64,000 nucleotides of DNA from a virus (lineage: Duplodnaviria; Caudoviricetes), in IMG/VR virus record IMGVR_UViG_3300037780_000034, positions 1-64,000 of that record; one strand, 5' to 3'. The translations under genes and the position numbers were made by a program. The notes under the pieces are model-generated. The model made no database searches and was not told the origin of the DNA. It saw only the letters and a list, made by a program, of their open reading frames with translations. Positions 8,815 through 17,592 of this stretch are shown in pieces (the stretch's first letter is position 1; the number at the start of each line of letters is the position of its first letter).

Positions 8815-8843
8815 TACTTAAACCCGAATCAGTGGCAAGTCAA
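8815..8843 (-). promoter_or_regulatory. early promoter, GANTC in spacer
   Basis: TTGACT-N17-TAAGTA; GAATC 8826-8830. Confidence 0.65.
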
Positions 8844-8920
8844 TAAGAAAATCATCGTCAGGGCAACTTTTCTTAATGTTGCATACATACAACACTAACA
8901 CATATAGTAAAAATACAAAA

Positions 8921-8958
8921 AAAATAAATGACTGCCAAAAATAGCAGTCATTTATTTT
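8921..8958. terminator. 15-bp perfect hairpin terminator
   Basis: AAAATAAATGACTGC / GCAGTCATTTATTTT. Confidence 0.8.
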
Positions 8959-8984
8959 AAACGGTTATAATTTGTTTTTACAAA

Positions 8985-9236
8985 TTATACTTTGTATAAC
9001 TCACCATCTTGGATAATTTCATCATAGTAGTTTTTCAAAGTTTCCGGATTGAACAACATATTATTGGATTTTATGTTTTTACGATCATATTCTTTGCGAT
9101 ATACGGCATCATCGGTTGTTGCATTTATTACTACAACTTGATCATAAAGATAAACACAAATACATTTTTTTCCAGCGTCGCAGGACGCAAACAGATAAGA
9201 AAAGTTTGAGAACACTTTAAGGTCACGAATTTCCAT
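8985..9236 (-). CDS. hypothetical protein
   Basis: Start reassigned to MEIRD after AGGAG. Confidence 0.65.
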   Translation of the reverse strand: MEIRDLKVFSNFSYLFASCDAGKKCICVYLYDQVVVINATTDDAVYRKEYDRKNIKSNNMLFNPETLKNYYDEIIQDGELYKV

Positions 9237-9304
9237 CACATTTCTCCTTTGATTCGTTGTTCCATACTTATTATTAATCCCAATGACACAGAATGTCAAC
9301 TGAT

Positions 9305-9577
9305 TTATTTTTTCTTGTTGGGTAACGTATATGTTAACTTTGAAACTCTTATGTCAATATTTTCAAACGGAAATGTAAGAGTAAATAATATTAATGTATT
9401 TTCATCTGCACGAAATATAAAAGAGTCATTAATAAATTGGCTGTCAACAGATTTTATATCTCCTCCACATTCTAACCAAAATAGTTTTACTAAAGCTGCA
9501 TCTGAAAATGAAACAGATTTGTTGTTATGTTTATATTTCATTGATATTATATATTGTTTTATTATATTATTTGTCAT
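9305..9577 (-). CDS. hypothetical protein
   Basis: ORF in operon. Confidence 0.6.
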   Translation of the reverse strand: MTNNIIKQYIISMKYKHNNKSVSFSDAALVKLFWLECGGDIKSVDSQFINDSFIFRADENTLILFTLTFPFENIDIRVSKLTYTLPNKKK

Positions 9578-9579
9578 TT

Positions 9580-9870
9580 TTACCCAACATAATGATCTAT
9601 TGTTTTTACCAAATCTTCCACAAAAATATGTGAAACACTGTTGTCAACAATCCATTCACTTTTACGAACACGAGCATAAATGATTTCATAAAGATCATTC
9701 GCGTGATCATAACGAATATAAACCCAACATTTACGCTTTACCATTCCGCTTGTCTTGAATTTAAGACCATCACCCATATTCACAAAATCTTTTGCACCCC
9801 AAGCAAAAAGCGCCATAGGGTCAAGAGTTTTGATCTGGGTCAGGATGATTTTTGCGATGTTGTTTTCCAT
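9580..9870 (-). CDS. hypothetical phage protein
   Basis: ORF downstream of TTGACT-N17-TAAGTT. Confidence 0.7.
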   Translation of the reverse strand: MENNIAKIILTQIKTLDPMALFAWGAKDFVNMGDGLKFKTSGMVKRKCWVYIRYDHANDLYEIIYARVRKSEWIVDNSVSHIFVEDLVKTIDHYVG

Positions 9871-9938
9871 AGTTTTGTATCACCTTTGATTCTGCTTGCG
9901 TTCATATGAACTTAACGTAGAACCAAGGCACAGTCAAC

Positions 9939-10199
9939 CTACAAAATTTCTTTTATGTTAACTTCTATGTCTTTGTAATCTTTATTAAATTTTTCAGGAA
10001 TAAAATAAGTAAGTATAAATTCTGCTACTTGTTTATCTGTTCCTAATACTTTCATATCGCTAAGATGTGTAAATCCAATATCATAAAGATATGGAGCAAT
10101 ACTATTTTTCCATAAACTAAATCCTGAAGCTATATCATGCGGAATATACGGAGCAATACTATTTTTTATCCGTAAGTTTATTTGATATTGTTTTTTCAT
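9939..10199 (-). CDS. hypothetical protein
   Basis: ORF; internal KNSIAPY duplication. Confidence 0.6.
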   Translation of the reverse strand: MKKQYQINLRIKNSIAPYIPHDIASGFSLWKNSIAPYLYDIGFTHLSDMKVLGTDKQVAEFILTYFIPEKFNKDYKDIEVNIKEIL

Positions 10200-10428
10200 A
10201 TGGTTTTAATTTAATTTCAAAGTTTTCGTTATAAAAAGTTAAAAGAAATTCCATAGCGATTTCTTCTGTTCCGTATAATATAGTGTTAAAGTAAAAAATA
10301 CTATGATCTACTGTTCCACCAAGTTCTTTCCAATACTTTATTGCGATTTTATAAGATTCAATATGGTTTTTGTATTTATGTTTATTATTTGTATAAACAG
10401 GAATTATGAATAAAATATATGTGTTCAT
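10159..10428 (-). CDS. hypothetical protein
   Basis: ORF in operon. Confidence 0.6.
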   Translation of the reverse strand: MNTYILFIIPVYTNNKHKYKNHIESYKIAIKYWKELGGTVDHSIFYFNTILYGTEEIAMEFLLTFYNENFEIKLKPYEKTISNKLTDKK

Positions 10429-10429
10429 T

Positions 10430-10621
10430 TTAAATTTTATTATCTTTCTGTGCTTGTTGATATCCTAATCTATACGCGGTTTCTATTGCTTCTTTTATTT
10501 CCCAAATAGCAACATCGTGAAAATCAAGACGGTCACTGTTTTGGTTTTCTATTGAATCAATAGAGTTAAAACAGTTAAACACAATGTTTTCAATTTGAGA
10601 TTTTGTAATTCTTGTTTCCAT
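10430..10621 (-). CDS. small hypothetical protein
   Basis: SDRLDFHDVAIWEIKEAIETAY motif typical of small phage proteins. Confidence 0.65.
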   Translation of the reverse strand: METRITKSQIENIVFNCFNSIDSIENQNSDRLDFHDVAIWEIKEAIETAYRLGYQQAQKDNKI

Positions 10622-10625
10622 AATA

Positions 10626-10829
10626 TTAATCCCAATCTTTTACATTAGGCCAGCGATCACGAATCCGTTTCATATGTTTTTCATAAAACTGGGTATTGGT
10701 TCCAGCTTTTTCGGCAAGCTTTTTCATCTTAGAAAACCGATTATAAGACTCAATATCCCATTTCCAATATTGAATCTCACGTTCTTTGCATTTCAAAGAA
10801 AACTCTTTGAGAATCTTGTTATCATACAT
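10626..10829 (-). CDS. small hypothetical protein
   Basis: ORF with AGGA RBS. Confidence 0.55.
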   Translation of the reverse strand: MYDNKILKEFSLKCKEREIQYWKWDIESYNRFSKMKKLAEKAGTNTQFYEKHMKRIRDRWPNVKDWD

Positions 10830-11028
10830 ATTATGTTTTCCTATCGGTTAAGATATGTAAGGATATAAGATAAAAAACTGAAGAACAGCACCTACAAAAA
10901 GTAAAATCTTTGACAAAGTATAATTTACCTTTGCCATAAGATAAACACAAAATGTAAACAATGCGAAATTTAGTAACATTAAGTTACTCCTTTTGTCAAG
11001 TGAGATTTATACCATTGATCTACAGAAA

Positions 11029-11316
11029 TTATTCTGCTACCGTATGATAATGTTCAAGGTGTTCATTCACCCTTTCATCTTCGCTGGAATAAAACACATA
11101 TTCGCCAACTTGTGTCACATAAGTTTGGTCACAATATTCAAAGCCACCATAGTAGCGAAGGCTTTTGTTATTTTTTGTGGCGATAAAATCTTCTCCGACC
11201 CAGACCATACCACACCGACGCTCAAGGCCAATCTTTTCCGGTTCAACATAGTCGGCATTTTCAAGGAACTTTGTTGCCTGCTCATTCATTGAACAGATAA
11301 AGTCATCAAGTTGCAT
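11029..11316 (-). CDS. hypothetical protein
   Basis: Start reassigned to MQLDD after AGGAG. Confidence 0.65.
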   Translation of the reverse strand: MQLDDFICSMNEQATKFLENADYVEPEKIGLERRCGMVWVGEDFIATKNNKSLRYYGGFEYCDQTYVTQVGEYVFYSSEDERVNEHLEHYHTVAE

Positions 11317-11344
11317 AGTGTGTTCTCCTAACTGAGTATTCTTT

Positions 11345-11373
11345 CTTATACCCGATTCGGTTGGAAATGTAAA
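11345..11373 (-). promoter_or_regulatory. early promoter, GANTC in spacer
   Basis: TTTACA-N17-TATAAG; GATTC 11354-11358. Confidence 0.6.
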
Positions 11374-11375
11374 GA

Positions 11376-11399
11376 GAATAGGGGCCGCAGCCCCTATTC
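11376..11399. terminator. intrinsic terminator hairpin
   Basis: GAATAGGGGC-cgca-GCCCCTATTC. Confidence 0.75.
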
Positions 11400-11801
11400 T
11401 TATTCTTGAATGTAAGGTTTGTTCCAACTTCCCACATTGAGAGAAATGTAGAAAGCTGTATGAAAATAGTCCGATTGCGAATCACTGTCGTCAAACCATT
11501 CACGCCCATCGGGAACGGTTGCAGGTGCAGATTTGATTACCTCGATAATTTCACGGAAAAGTTCAGCGTGCTTGCCATAGTTGTGCAAATGATACTGGTT
11601 GATTTGTTCATAGCCAAACCCATAATCACCGGGTTTATTTTTCGACCACAAATCAGAAAAATCGGTTTTGCCTGATTTTATGCTAACGATGACTTCCGTC
11701 TTGTTCGCATTGCGAACAGAAAATTTCAGGCCAAGTTTGCCGAACTTTTCTTTCAGTTGATTGCGGATGGCGCGAACTTCTTCAGTAGTGATGTAGGCCA
11801 T
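11400..11801 (-). CDS. LPD29-like phage protein
   Basis: IRNQLKEKF..KFSVR, INQYHL and DSDSQSDYFHTAFY motifs. Confidence 0.55.
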   Translation of the reverse strand: MAYITTEEVRAIRNQLKEKFGKLGLKFSVRNANKTEVIVSIKSGKTDFSDLWSKNKPGDYGFGYEQINQYHLHNYGKHAELFREIIEVIKSAPATVPDGREWFDDSDSQSDYFHTAFYISLNVGSWNKPYIQE

Positions 11802-11836
11802 TGAGATTTCCTAGGTTTGCACTGTCTATGTAAAAC

Positions 11837-11865
11837 ACATTAAACTATTGATTCTGCCTTGTCAA
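11837..11865 (-). promoter_or_regulatory. early promoter, GANTC in spacer
   Basis: TTGACA-N17-TAATGT; GATTC 11850-11854. Confidence 0.65.
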
Positions 11866-11963
11866 CAACAAAATAAATTCATTGACTCACTAAGATTCTA
11901 CTAAGATAAACCCATATGAAAACAAAATAAAATATTTCAAGTGAAATAAAAAAAGAAAAAAAT

Positions 11964-12212
11964 AATTTCTACGAAAACTTTACGAAGTGAAACGAAGTAA
12001 ATTTCGTAGAAATTTATGATTACTTAGGTTTGACTGAAAGGAAAACCTAATGTTCATTTCAAAGAAATGAACTTGATTCAGCACAGAATCCCCCTAATAG
12101 TCCAAAATATGATAATATAATTAAGTAATACTTGTTCATTTCATTCACAAGTATTAGTAATAAAATGATTAAATTCACTCCATTTCATTCCGTTCATTTT
12201 AATCATTTTATT
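11964..12212. other. symmetric cluster of five hairpins; candidate replication origin
   Basis: Inverted repeats 11964-12014, 12024-12050, 12052-12072, 12126-12156 and 12159-12212 with TGAAA-containing loops. Confidence 0.5.
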
Positions 12213-12220
12213 TTTTTTGA

Positions 12221-12525
12221 TTCTCTATGATTCAGGACATACTTCGGCTTCCGATACGCAAAGTATATTCTGAATTAAATTCAGGACATATTCTTACAGA
12301 AAAACCTTGTAAAGTCAGGGAAAGGCGGTTGGGCGATACCTTTTTACTTTCTACTTCGCGGAATGTTTCCGCCAACGCATATTATTTTATCAGCAGTAAG
12401 AATTACCGATAAATTTTTTGCAGGTTGGGATAGTGACCAGAGCCTGCTCATTCAATTTAACTATTATTTTAGTAGAATGCAACATGCACAACGAATCACT
12501 CGGGCTAGGGTTGCTATGAATAATA
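12221..12525 (-). ncRNA. candidate structured non-coding transcript
   Basis: No credible ORF; promoter TTGACG-N17-TAGATT at 12559-12531; locally GC-richer with short stems. Confidence 0.35.
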
Positions 12526-12760
12526 CAGTGAATCTATCATAGTCTAAACGATTCGTCAAGTTTTTTATATTATTAAAGCCATAGTATTTCTACTATGGCT
12601 CATTTTTCTAAGTTTAATATTTAAGTAATTATAATAAATTAACACTCTCCGTAAGTGCTACTTTGCGGCCACGGAGCAACAGCCAATATTATAAAATAGT
12701 CACTAGATTAGTATTTATAGTTTTAGAACCTTTTTATATCTTGCTCAGGATATAAGATAC

Positions 12761-12913
12761 CTATTCTTCTTCACATACACCAGTTATTGCAGCATAAAAC
12801 GCGCCATTTCCATATAGAAATGCTTTTGTGCCACATTGTTGAAATATGTAAACAAGTAAGGATAACATAATAAGTAAACAAAATGCCAACCAGATATGAA
12901 AAATTCTGTTCAT
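12761..12913 (-). CDS. small membrane protein
   Basis: Hydrophobic N-terminal helix; start uncertain. Confidence 0.45.
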   Translation of the reverse strand: MNRIFHIWLAFCLLIMLSLLVYIFQQCGTKAFLYGNGAFYAAITGVCEEE

Positions 12914-13114
12914 AGTTTTATCTTTCATTTTGTTTTGCAGCACCATAAAAAGCAATCAAACAAGCATTTACAACAACAAATGCCCAGAACTGCCATCCGC
13001 CTTCATCCGCAGGATAAGACATAGAGACAACATAAGCGAACAGAAGAGCTTGAGCAATCAGCAAAATCGTAGACATTGTGTTTCCTTTCAGGAGATTTGT
13101 TGTAGCTTACAATA

Positions 13115-13525
13115 TCATACAGAATCACCACTGTCAAGAGGTAAAGGACGATACCAAGTTGCACGATAACTTTCAGGATAAAAAACATTTCCATATGTTC
13201 TGTCACGAAAAGGTTGAAAATAATAATCTGCCTGTAATATATCACCCTTGACAAAATTCTGTCCAAAAGTATTATCGTCACGATTTAATATAAAACTATG
13301 AACAATAGGTTGCCTAAATAGTTTATCCATAGTAAGTATTTTTGTATATTTTTTACTTGTAAGAGTGTCAATCTTTAAACTGTTTTCAAATTTTTGCTTC
13401 ATTCTCTCTATGCTAGTAGTAGGCAAATCATCAACAGGTGTTTCTTCAATGTAAATATAAAATTGTTCTCTTATATATTCTACATATTCTGCTATATAAT
13501 ACGAAATATGTCTGCTTTCTGTCAT
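13115..13525 (-). CDS. conserved phage protein, paralog of 7422..7786
   Basis: SKKYTKIL..HSFI..KGDILQA..GNV. Confidence 0.65.
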   Translation of the reverse strand: MTESRHISYYIAEYVEYIREQFYIYIEETPVDDLPTTSIERMKQKFENSLKIDTLTSKKYTKILTMDKLFRQPIVHSFILNRDDNTFGQNFVKGDILQADYYFQPFRDRTYGNVFYPESYRATWYRPLPLDSGDSV

Positions 13526-13576
13526 AAAACTCTCCTGATAAATTAAATATACAGTTATTTATTATAATGTGTTTCT

Positions 13577-13584
13577 TATAAATA
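13577..13584 (+). promoter_or_regulatory. T4-type late promoter
   Basis: TATAAATA 27 nt upstream of ATG 13611. Confidence 0.7.
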
Positions 13585-13610
13585 TTTGTAATAACTGAGG
13601 TAAATGTATT

Positions 13611-15458
13611 ATGCGATACAATGAAATAAAATTAGTTGAAGATATAGTTAATGAAATTAATATGTCTCCTAAAAGTTTACAAAAATTAACCAGTGTAATA
13701 GATGCAAAGGTTGGTATAGAGTTTGAATTCATATATCGCAAAGATTATGATTATCTTGAATATGTTGATAAGAATGATGTTGGTGCCAGTTCTATTCGTG
13801 GTGTTTTACAATTTTTTACTGATAGTGATATAGAATTAGATAATGATGATGCAATAGAAGAATTAAGTGAAAAGTTAGATGAAGAATATGACCAATGGAG
13901 TTCTGATATAATTGAAAAAACTTTGAATGATCCTGATGAACAATACGTTATAACAGAAACTTTAAGAAAATATTTTTATGAAACAAAACGTGACCCTATT
14001 TTAAGTCAATTGGAAAATCGTATAACACAAACAACTGGATATGAACAAGGTAGTGAAGAATTTCGTAAAATTTTTAGATGGCATAACAGTATGAGTGATG
14101 GTCGTCGTTCTATGATGAATAACGATGATGTATTAACTAATGTAAACAATACCAGTAACAGTGATGAAATAGGTTTAAAAGATTATTATGAAATTCGTAA
14201 ACCTATATATGATAAAATAGATGAAAAAATAACAGACTTTTTAGAGGGGAAAAAGATACCAGAAGTTGTTAGTTTAACAAGTCATTTGAATAGTGAAGTA
14301 AAAAGAAGGTTTGCCAATCAACTTATTTTCTTTAGGGAAAATTATCCACTTATGAGTGATGTTTATAACAAATTTAGTGATGATATACCAGAATTATCGT
14401 GGCCACAAATAAAAAGTGAAATAGAAATTGATGATATACTTAGTGAGTTTCAATCTGAAGTTGGAAGCAATTATGAAATTGAAACAGATTCTTCTATAAG
14501 AGCAGATGATGATTTTGATGATACTGCTGTTGAAATAAAAACAGATGGCGCATTACCTTTAGAACAAGCTTTAACCGAATTACGAAAAGCAAAAACGTTT
14601 ATAGAAAATAATGGCTATACAAATGATACAACTGGATTACATATAAACATTTCTATTCCGTCATTTAATCGTAGTGATTTAGATTATGTTAAATTGGTAT
14701 TGTTATTGGGCGATGAATATATATTAAAAGAATTTAATCGTAAAAGTAATACTTATGCACAAAGTTCTATGAAAGAAATTAGTAAAAAAGCTTCTTCTGA
14801 TGATATTACAACTGCTTTGGTTCAATTACAAGATTCTTTGGAAAATATTGCAGGAAGAATTATACACGATGGCTGGACAGACAAATATACAAGTGTTAAT
14901 ATTCACAGCAATCGTGTTGAATTTCGTGGAATGGGTGGTGATTGGATAGAAGATCAAAGTATTGATAATATTATTGATAATATAAGAAGAATGGTAGTTG
15001 CTTTAGATGCTGCATTAGACCCAACAAAATACCAACGAGAATATGCTAAAAAACTTTATAAATTTTTTAAACCATACAGTGAGTATGATGATTTAATAAA
15101 AGTTTTTGCAATGTATGGAAGTAATAAAATACCAAAAGCTGCACTAAAAAGTTGGATTAATAAATTTAAAAGAAACCGCCCAGTAATAAACTCACAAAAC
15201 TTATATTGGGCATTTGGTGATAAAGATTTGCGATATACTTGGGGAAGTGGTAAAACAAAATCAGAAGCAATGGATAATTCACGAAATGAAATAATGTCAT
15301 TCATAAGTGACAAACCTAATAAGATTCGTGCTTGGAATGAAGAAATACAAAATTGCACATTTTTGCCTATTGATAAAGCTGCTCACGACAAAATTCAAGA
15401 TTTCGGAACAATAGAATTAAGAAAAGATAGAACTACTGGAATATATGTAGAAAGATAG
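13611..15458 (+). CDS. putative amidoligase (COOH-NH2 ligase, GS/GCS-like fold)
   Basis: GIEFEF, ETDSSI, AVEI, TNDTTGLHINIS, KYTSVN, RVEFR motifs. Confidence 0.7.
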   Translation: MRYNEIKLVEDIVNEINMSPKSLQKLTSVIDAKVGIEFEFIYRKDYDYLEYVDKNDVGASSIRGVLQFFTDSDIELDNDDAIEELSEKLDEEYDQWSSDIIEKTLNDPDEQYVITETLRKYFYETKRDPILSQLENRITQTTGYEQGSEEFRKIFRWHNSMSDGRRSMMNNDDVLTNVNNTSNSDEIGLKDYYEIRKPIYDKIDEKITDFLEGKKIPEVVSLTSHLNSEVKRRFANQLIFFRENYPLMSDVYNKFSDDIPELSWPQIKSEIEIDDILSEFQSEVGSNYEIETDSSIRADDDFDDTAVEIKTDGALPLEQALTELRKAKTFIENNGYTNDTTGLHINISIPSFNRSDLDYVKLVLLLGDEYILKEFNRKSNTYAQSSMKEISKKASSDDITTALVQLQDSLENIAGRIIHDGWTDKYTSVNIHSNRVEFRGMGGDWIEDQSIDNIIDNIRRMVVALDAALDPTKYQREYAKKLYKFFKPYSEYDDLIKVFAMYGSNKIPKAALKSWINKFKRNRPVINSQNLYWAFGDKDLRYTWGSGKTKSEAMDNSRNEIMSFISDKPNKIRAWNEEIQNCTFLPIDKAAHDKIQDFGTIELRKDRTTGIYVER

Positions 15459-15526
15459 TATTGATTGACATACTTGCCTTTGTATGATATTGATATGTTA
15501 TACATTCTTGCAAGGTTAACTGTGAT

Positions 15527-15790
15527 ATGGTAGATAAGATAAACATATATGAGTGGAAAACTAAAATAATAATAACAAAATATATTTCATATGATAATAA
15601 AAATAAAATGTTATATGAAACATTAACAGAATTGCGTAACTGTGGATTTACAGACATAAATTGTTTTGGAGGAAATACGATTTATGCTACTGGCTTAGAA
15701 GAAAAATGGGTAGATTTTATATTATCAAGACCAGACCTTTATGAATATTTAGAAAAACCAAGAAGGGTTTATTATGATGATACCAAATAG
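15527..15790 (+). CDS. hypothetical protein
   Basis: Downstream of TTGACA-N17-TATTGA (15465-15493). Confidence 0.6.
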   Translation: MVDKINIYEWKTKIIITKYISYDNKNKMLYETLTELRNCGFTDINCFGGNTIYATGLEEKWVDFILSRPDLYEYLEKPRRVYYDDTK

Positions 15791-16055
15791 AAATATATTT
15801 CAACATTCAATTCGTGGATTTAAAAATATACCTCATTGTGGTCCGCATCCGGGTGTTCCTATATTCTTTTATCTTGTTGTTATTACAAGCTTATATGGAT
15901 TAAATAATGGCATTGTTGGTGTTACAATTGGTTTCTTTCTCAGCATAACTTTTTATCTTCCAATAATTATAATTGGCAGTATTCATCGTAGCAAATTTAG
16001 TGACAAACTTGAACTAAAAAGAATTGAGAAAATTGAAAATATACTTTTTAATTAA
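15774..16055 (+). CDS. small two-helix membrane protein
   Basis: Two hydrophobic segments. Confidence 0.55.
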   Translation: MMIPNRNIFQHSIRGFKNIPHCGPHPGVPIFFYLVVITSLYGLNNGIVGVTIGFFLSITFYLPIIIIGSIHRSKFSDKLELKRIEKIENILFN

Positions 16056-16621
16056 AAATTAACTGGTGTTACTTTTACATTGGTATTAATTATAGAATAA
16101 AATTTTGAAACACTTTCATATAATCCATCAATCGGAATAAATTTATTCCATCCAGTTACTAAATCTATAACAGAAGATGCATCTGCAAGTTCTATCTGCC
16201 AATTTCTTATTTCTTGATCTTTCATTGCATTAAAAAGCATTTGTAAATGATAAGGTTCAACATCTTCTGGACCAGTTATTTCTATATTATAATCAGTTAT
16301 AAGATACCAAAAATTTTCGTTATTTTCATTAAGATAGTTTAATAATTTCAACGCATCTGACTTTTTTACTGCATTTTTTACTGACATACGACTATTGACT
16401 ACTTTCAAACCTTCTGTAGATATTTGAGATATTTTGCTTCCATATGTTTTTGCAACTTCTATTTCAGGTGTGAAATATATTCCTACACCTTCCTGATTAT
16501 TACTACGTTTATTTGTAAATCTTTCTCCGTGCATCATCCATTGTGGTGTTAATGCAGTAGTTCCATAATCATCACCGTGATATAATACTTCATTACTTTC
16601 TGTTAATTGATTTATTCTCAT
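16052..16621 (-). CDS. putative ART-fold virion protein
   Basis: MRINQLTE; VLYHG...QEGVGIYFT..IEVAKTYG. Confidence 0.55.
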   Translation of the reverse strand: MRINQLTESNEVLYHGDDYGTTALTPQWMMHGERFTNKRSNNQEGVGIYFTPEIEVAKTYGSKISQISTEGLKVVNSRMSVKNAVKKSDALKLLNYLNENNENFWYLITDYNIEITGPEDVEPYHLQMLFNAMKDQEIRNWQIELADASSVIDLVTGWNKFIPIDGLYESVSKFYSIINTNVKVTPVNF

Positions 16622-17586
16622 TGTTTTTCACCATTATAATTTGGAACATCTAATAGATTTCCGTTTTTATCTACTAATCCTGTAAAATCGCCTATACGAC
16701 TTGTATATTCATCCATAAACTTTTTTGGTAATGTTTTACTGTTTCCATAATGTAAAATTAATGGAGGTTGAACAAATTTTTTATTTTCATCAAAATAATG
16801 TTTTGGTATTTCTAATATGTGTGTTATACGATTTGCACCACTAAATGTAACTGGTTCTGTTATTCGTAAAGTATGTGAAAACTTTCCACTATCTTCTGTA
16901 GTTTCGCGATAATACTTAGTAAGTTTATCTTTTATATTTAATAACTGTTTTTCAATTTCATCTGTTTCTGGAACTTCATTTGGTTTATTTTTTATTCTGT
17001 TTAAAGGATTATAATAACTATCAGTTCCAGCTTCCTTAACTCCATATGAAATTATTCTTAGTGTAAATGTATCAAATAAATTACTTAACAATTTTGTAGG
17101 AACAGGCTTATTTGGATTTTCAGTAAATGAATTATGTATATTTTTTATAAAAATTTCTTTCTTTTCGTTATAATAATCACGACTGTCATAATAAACTCTT
17201 GCAACTAAATCTGGGTTGTTGCTATAAACTCCACCAAAAGCATAATCATATTCACGAGGAATGTCAAAACTAATTTGGTCTTCATCTGCTTTTGCATCTT
17301 GTGTTTGTATTTGTGCAATTATTAAAAGACTGTTTCCGCCAAATTTTCCTGTTGTATTTAAGGCACTACTGGTTGCAGTCATAAGTCTTCCACTCCAATA
17401 TGATCCTGTTAAACTAACACGAGATTGTGTTGTTAAACTTGCACCAGGATCAACGTCCCATTTTTTATCACGCGGATTAGGAACCATACCTGTTTTTAAT
17501 ATACTTCTTAAAAATTTAGTTGAAGTTCCGTGGAACATAGTTATTGGTTTACGAAACTTTGCTTCTAATAATTGATTTATTCTCAT
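16618..17586 (-). CDS. putative ART-fold virion protein
   Basis: MRINQLLE; MFHGTSTKFLRSILKTGMVP, GSYWS. Confidence 0.55.
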   Translation of the reverse strand: MRINQLLEAKFRKPITMFHGTSTKFLRSILKTGMVPNPRDKKWDVDPGASLTTQSRVSLTGSYWSGRLMTATSSALNTTGKFGGNSLLIIAQIQTQDAKADEDQISFDIPREYDYAFGGVYSNNPDLVARVYYDSRDYYNEKKEIFIKNIHNSFTENPNKPVPTKLLSNLFDTFTLRIISYGVKEAGTDSYYNPLNRIKNKPNEVPETDEIEKQLLNIKDKLTKYYRETTEDSGKFSHTLRITEPVTFSGANRITHILEIPKHYFDENKKFVQPPLILHYGNSKTLPKKFMDEYTSRIGDFTGLVDKNGNLLDVPNYNGEKQ

Positions 17587-17592
17587 AATATA

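Noticed and set aside
10093-10166. 17-bp duplication GGAGCAATACTATTTTT (KNSIAPY twice)
   Set aside because: Single small intragenic duplication with no further structure
12227-12412. 61-aa ORF in the candidate origin/ncRNA region
   Set aside because: No RBS and composition unlike phage proteins
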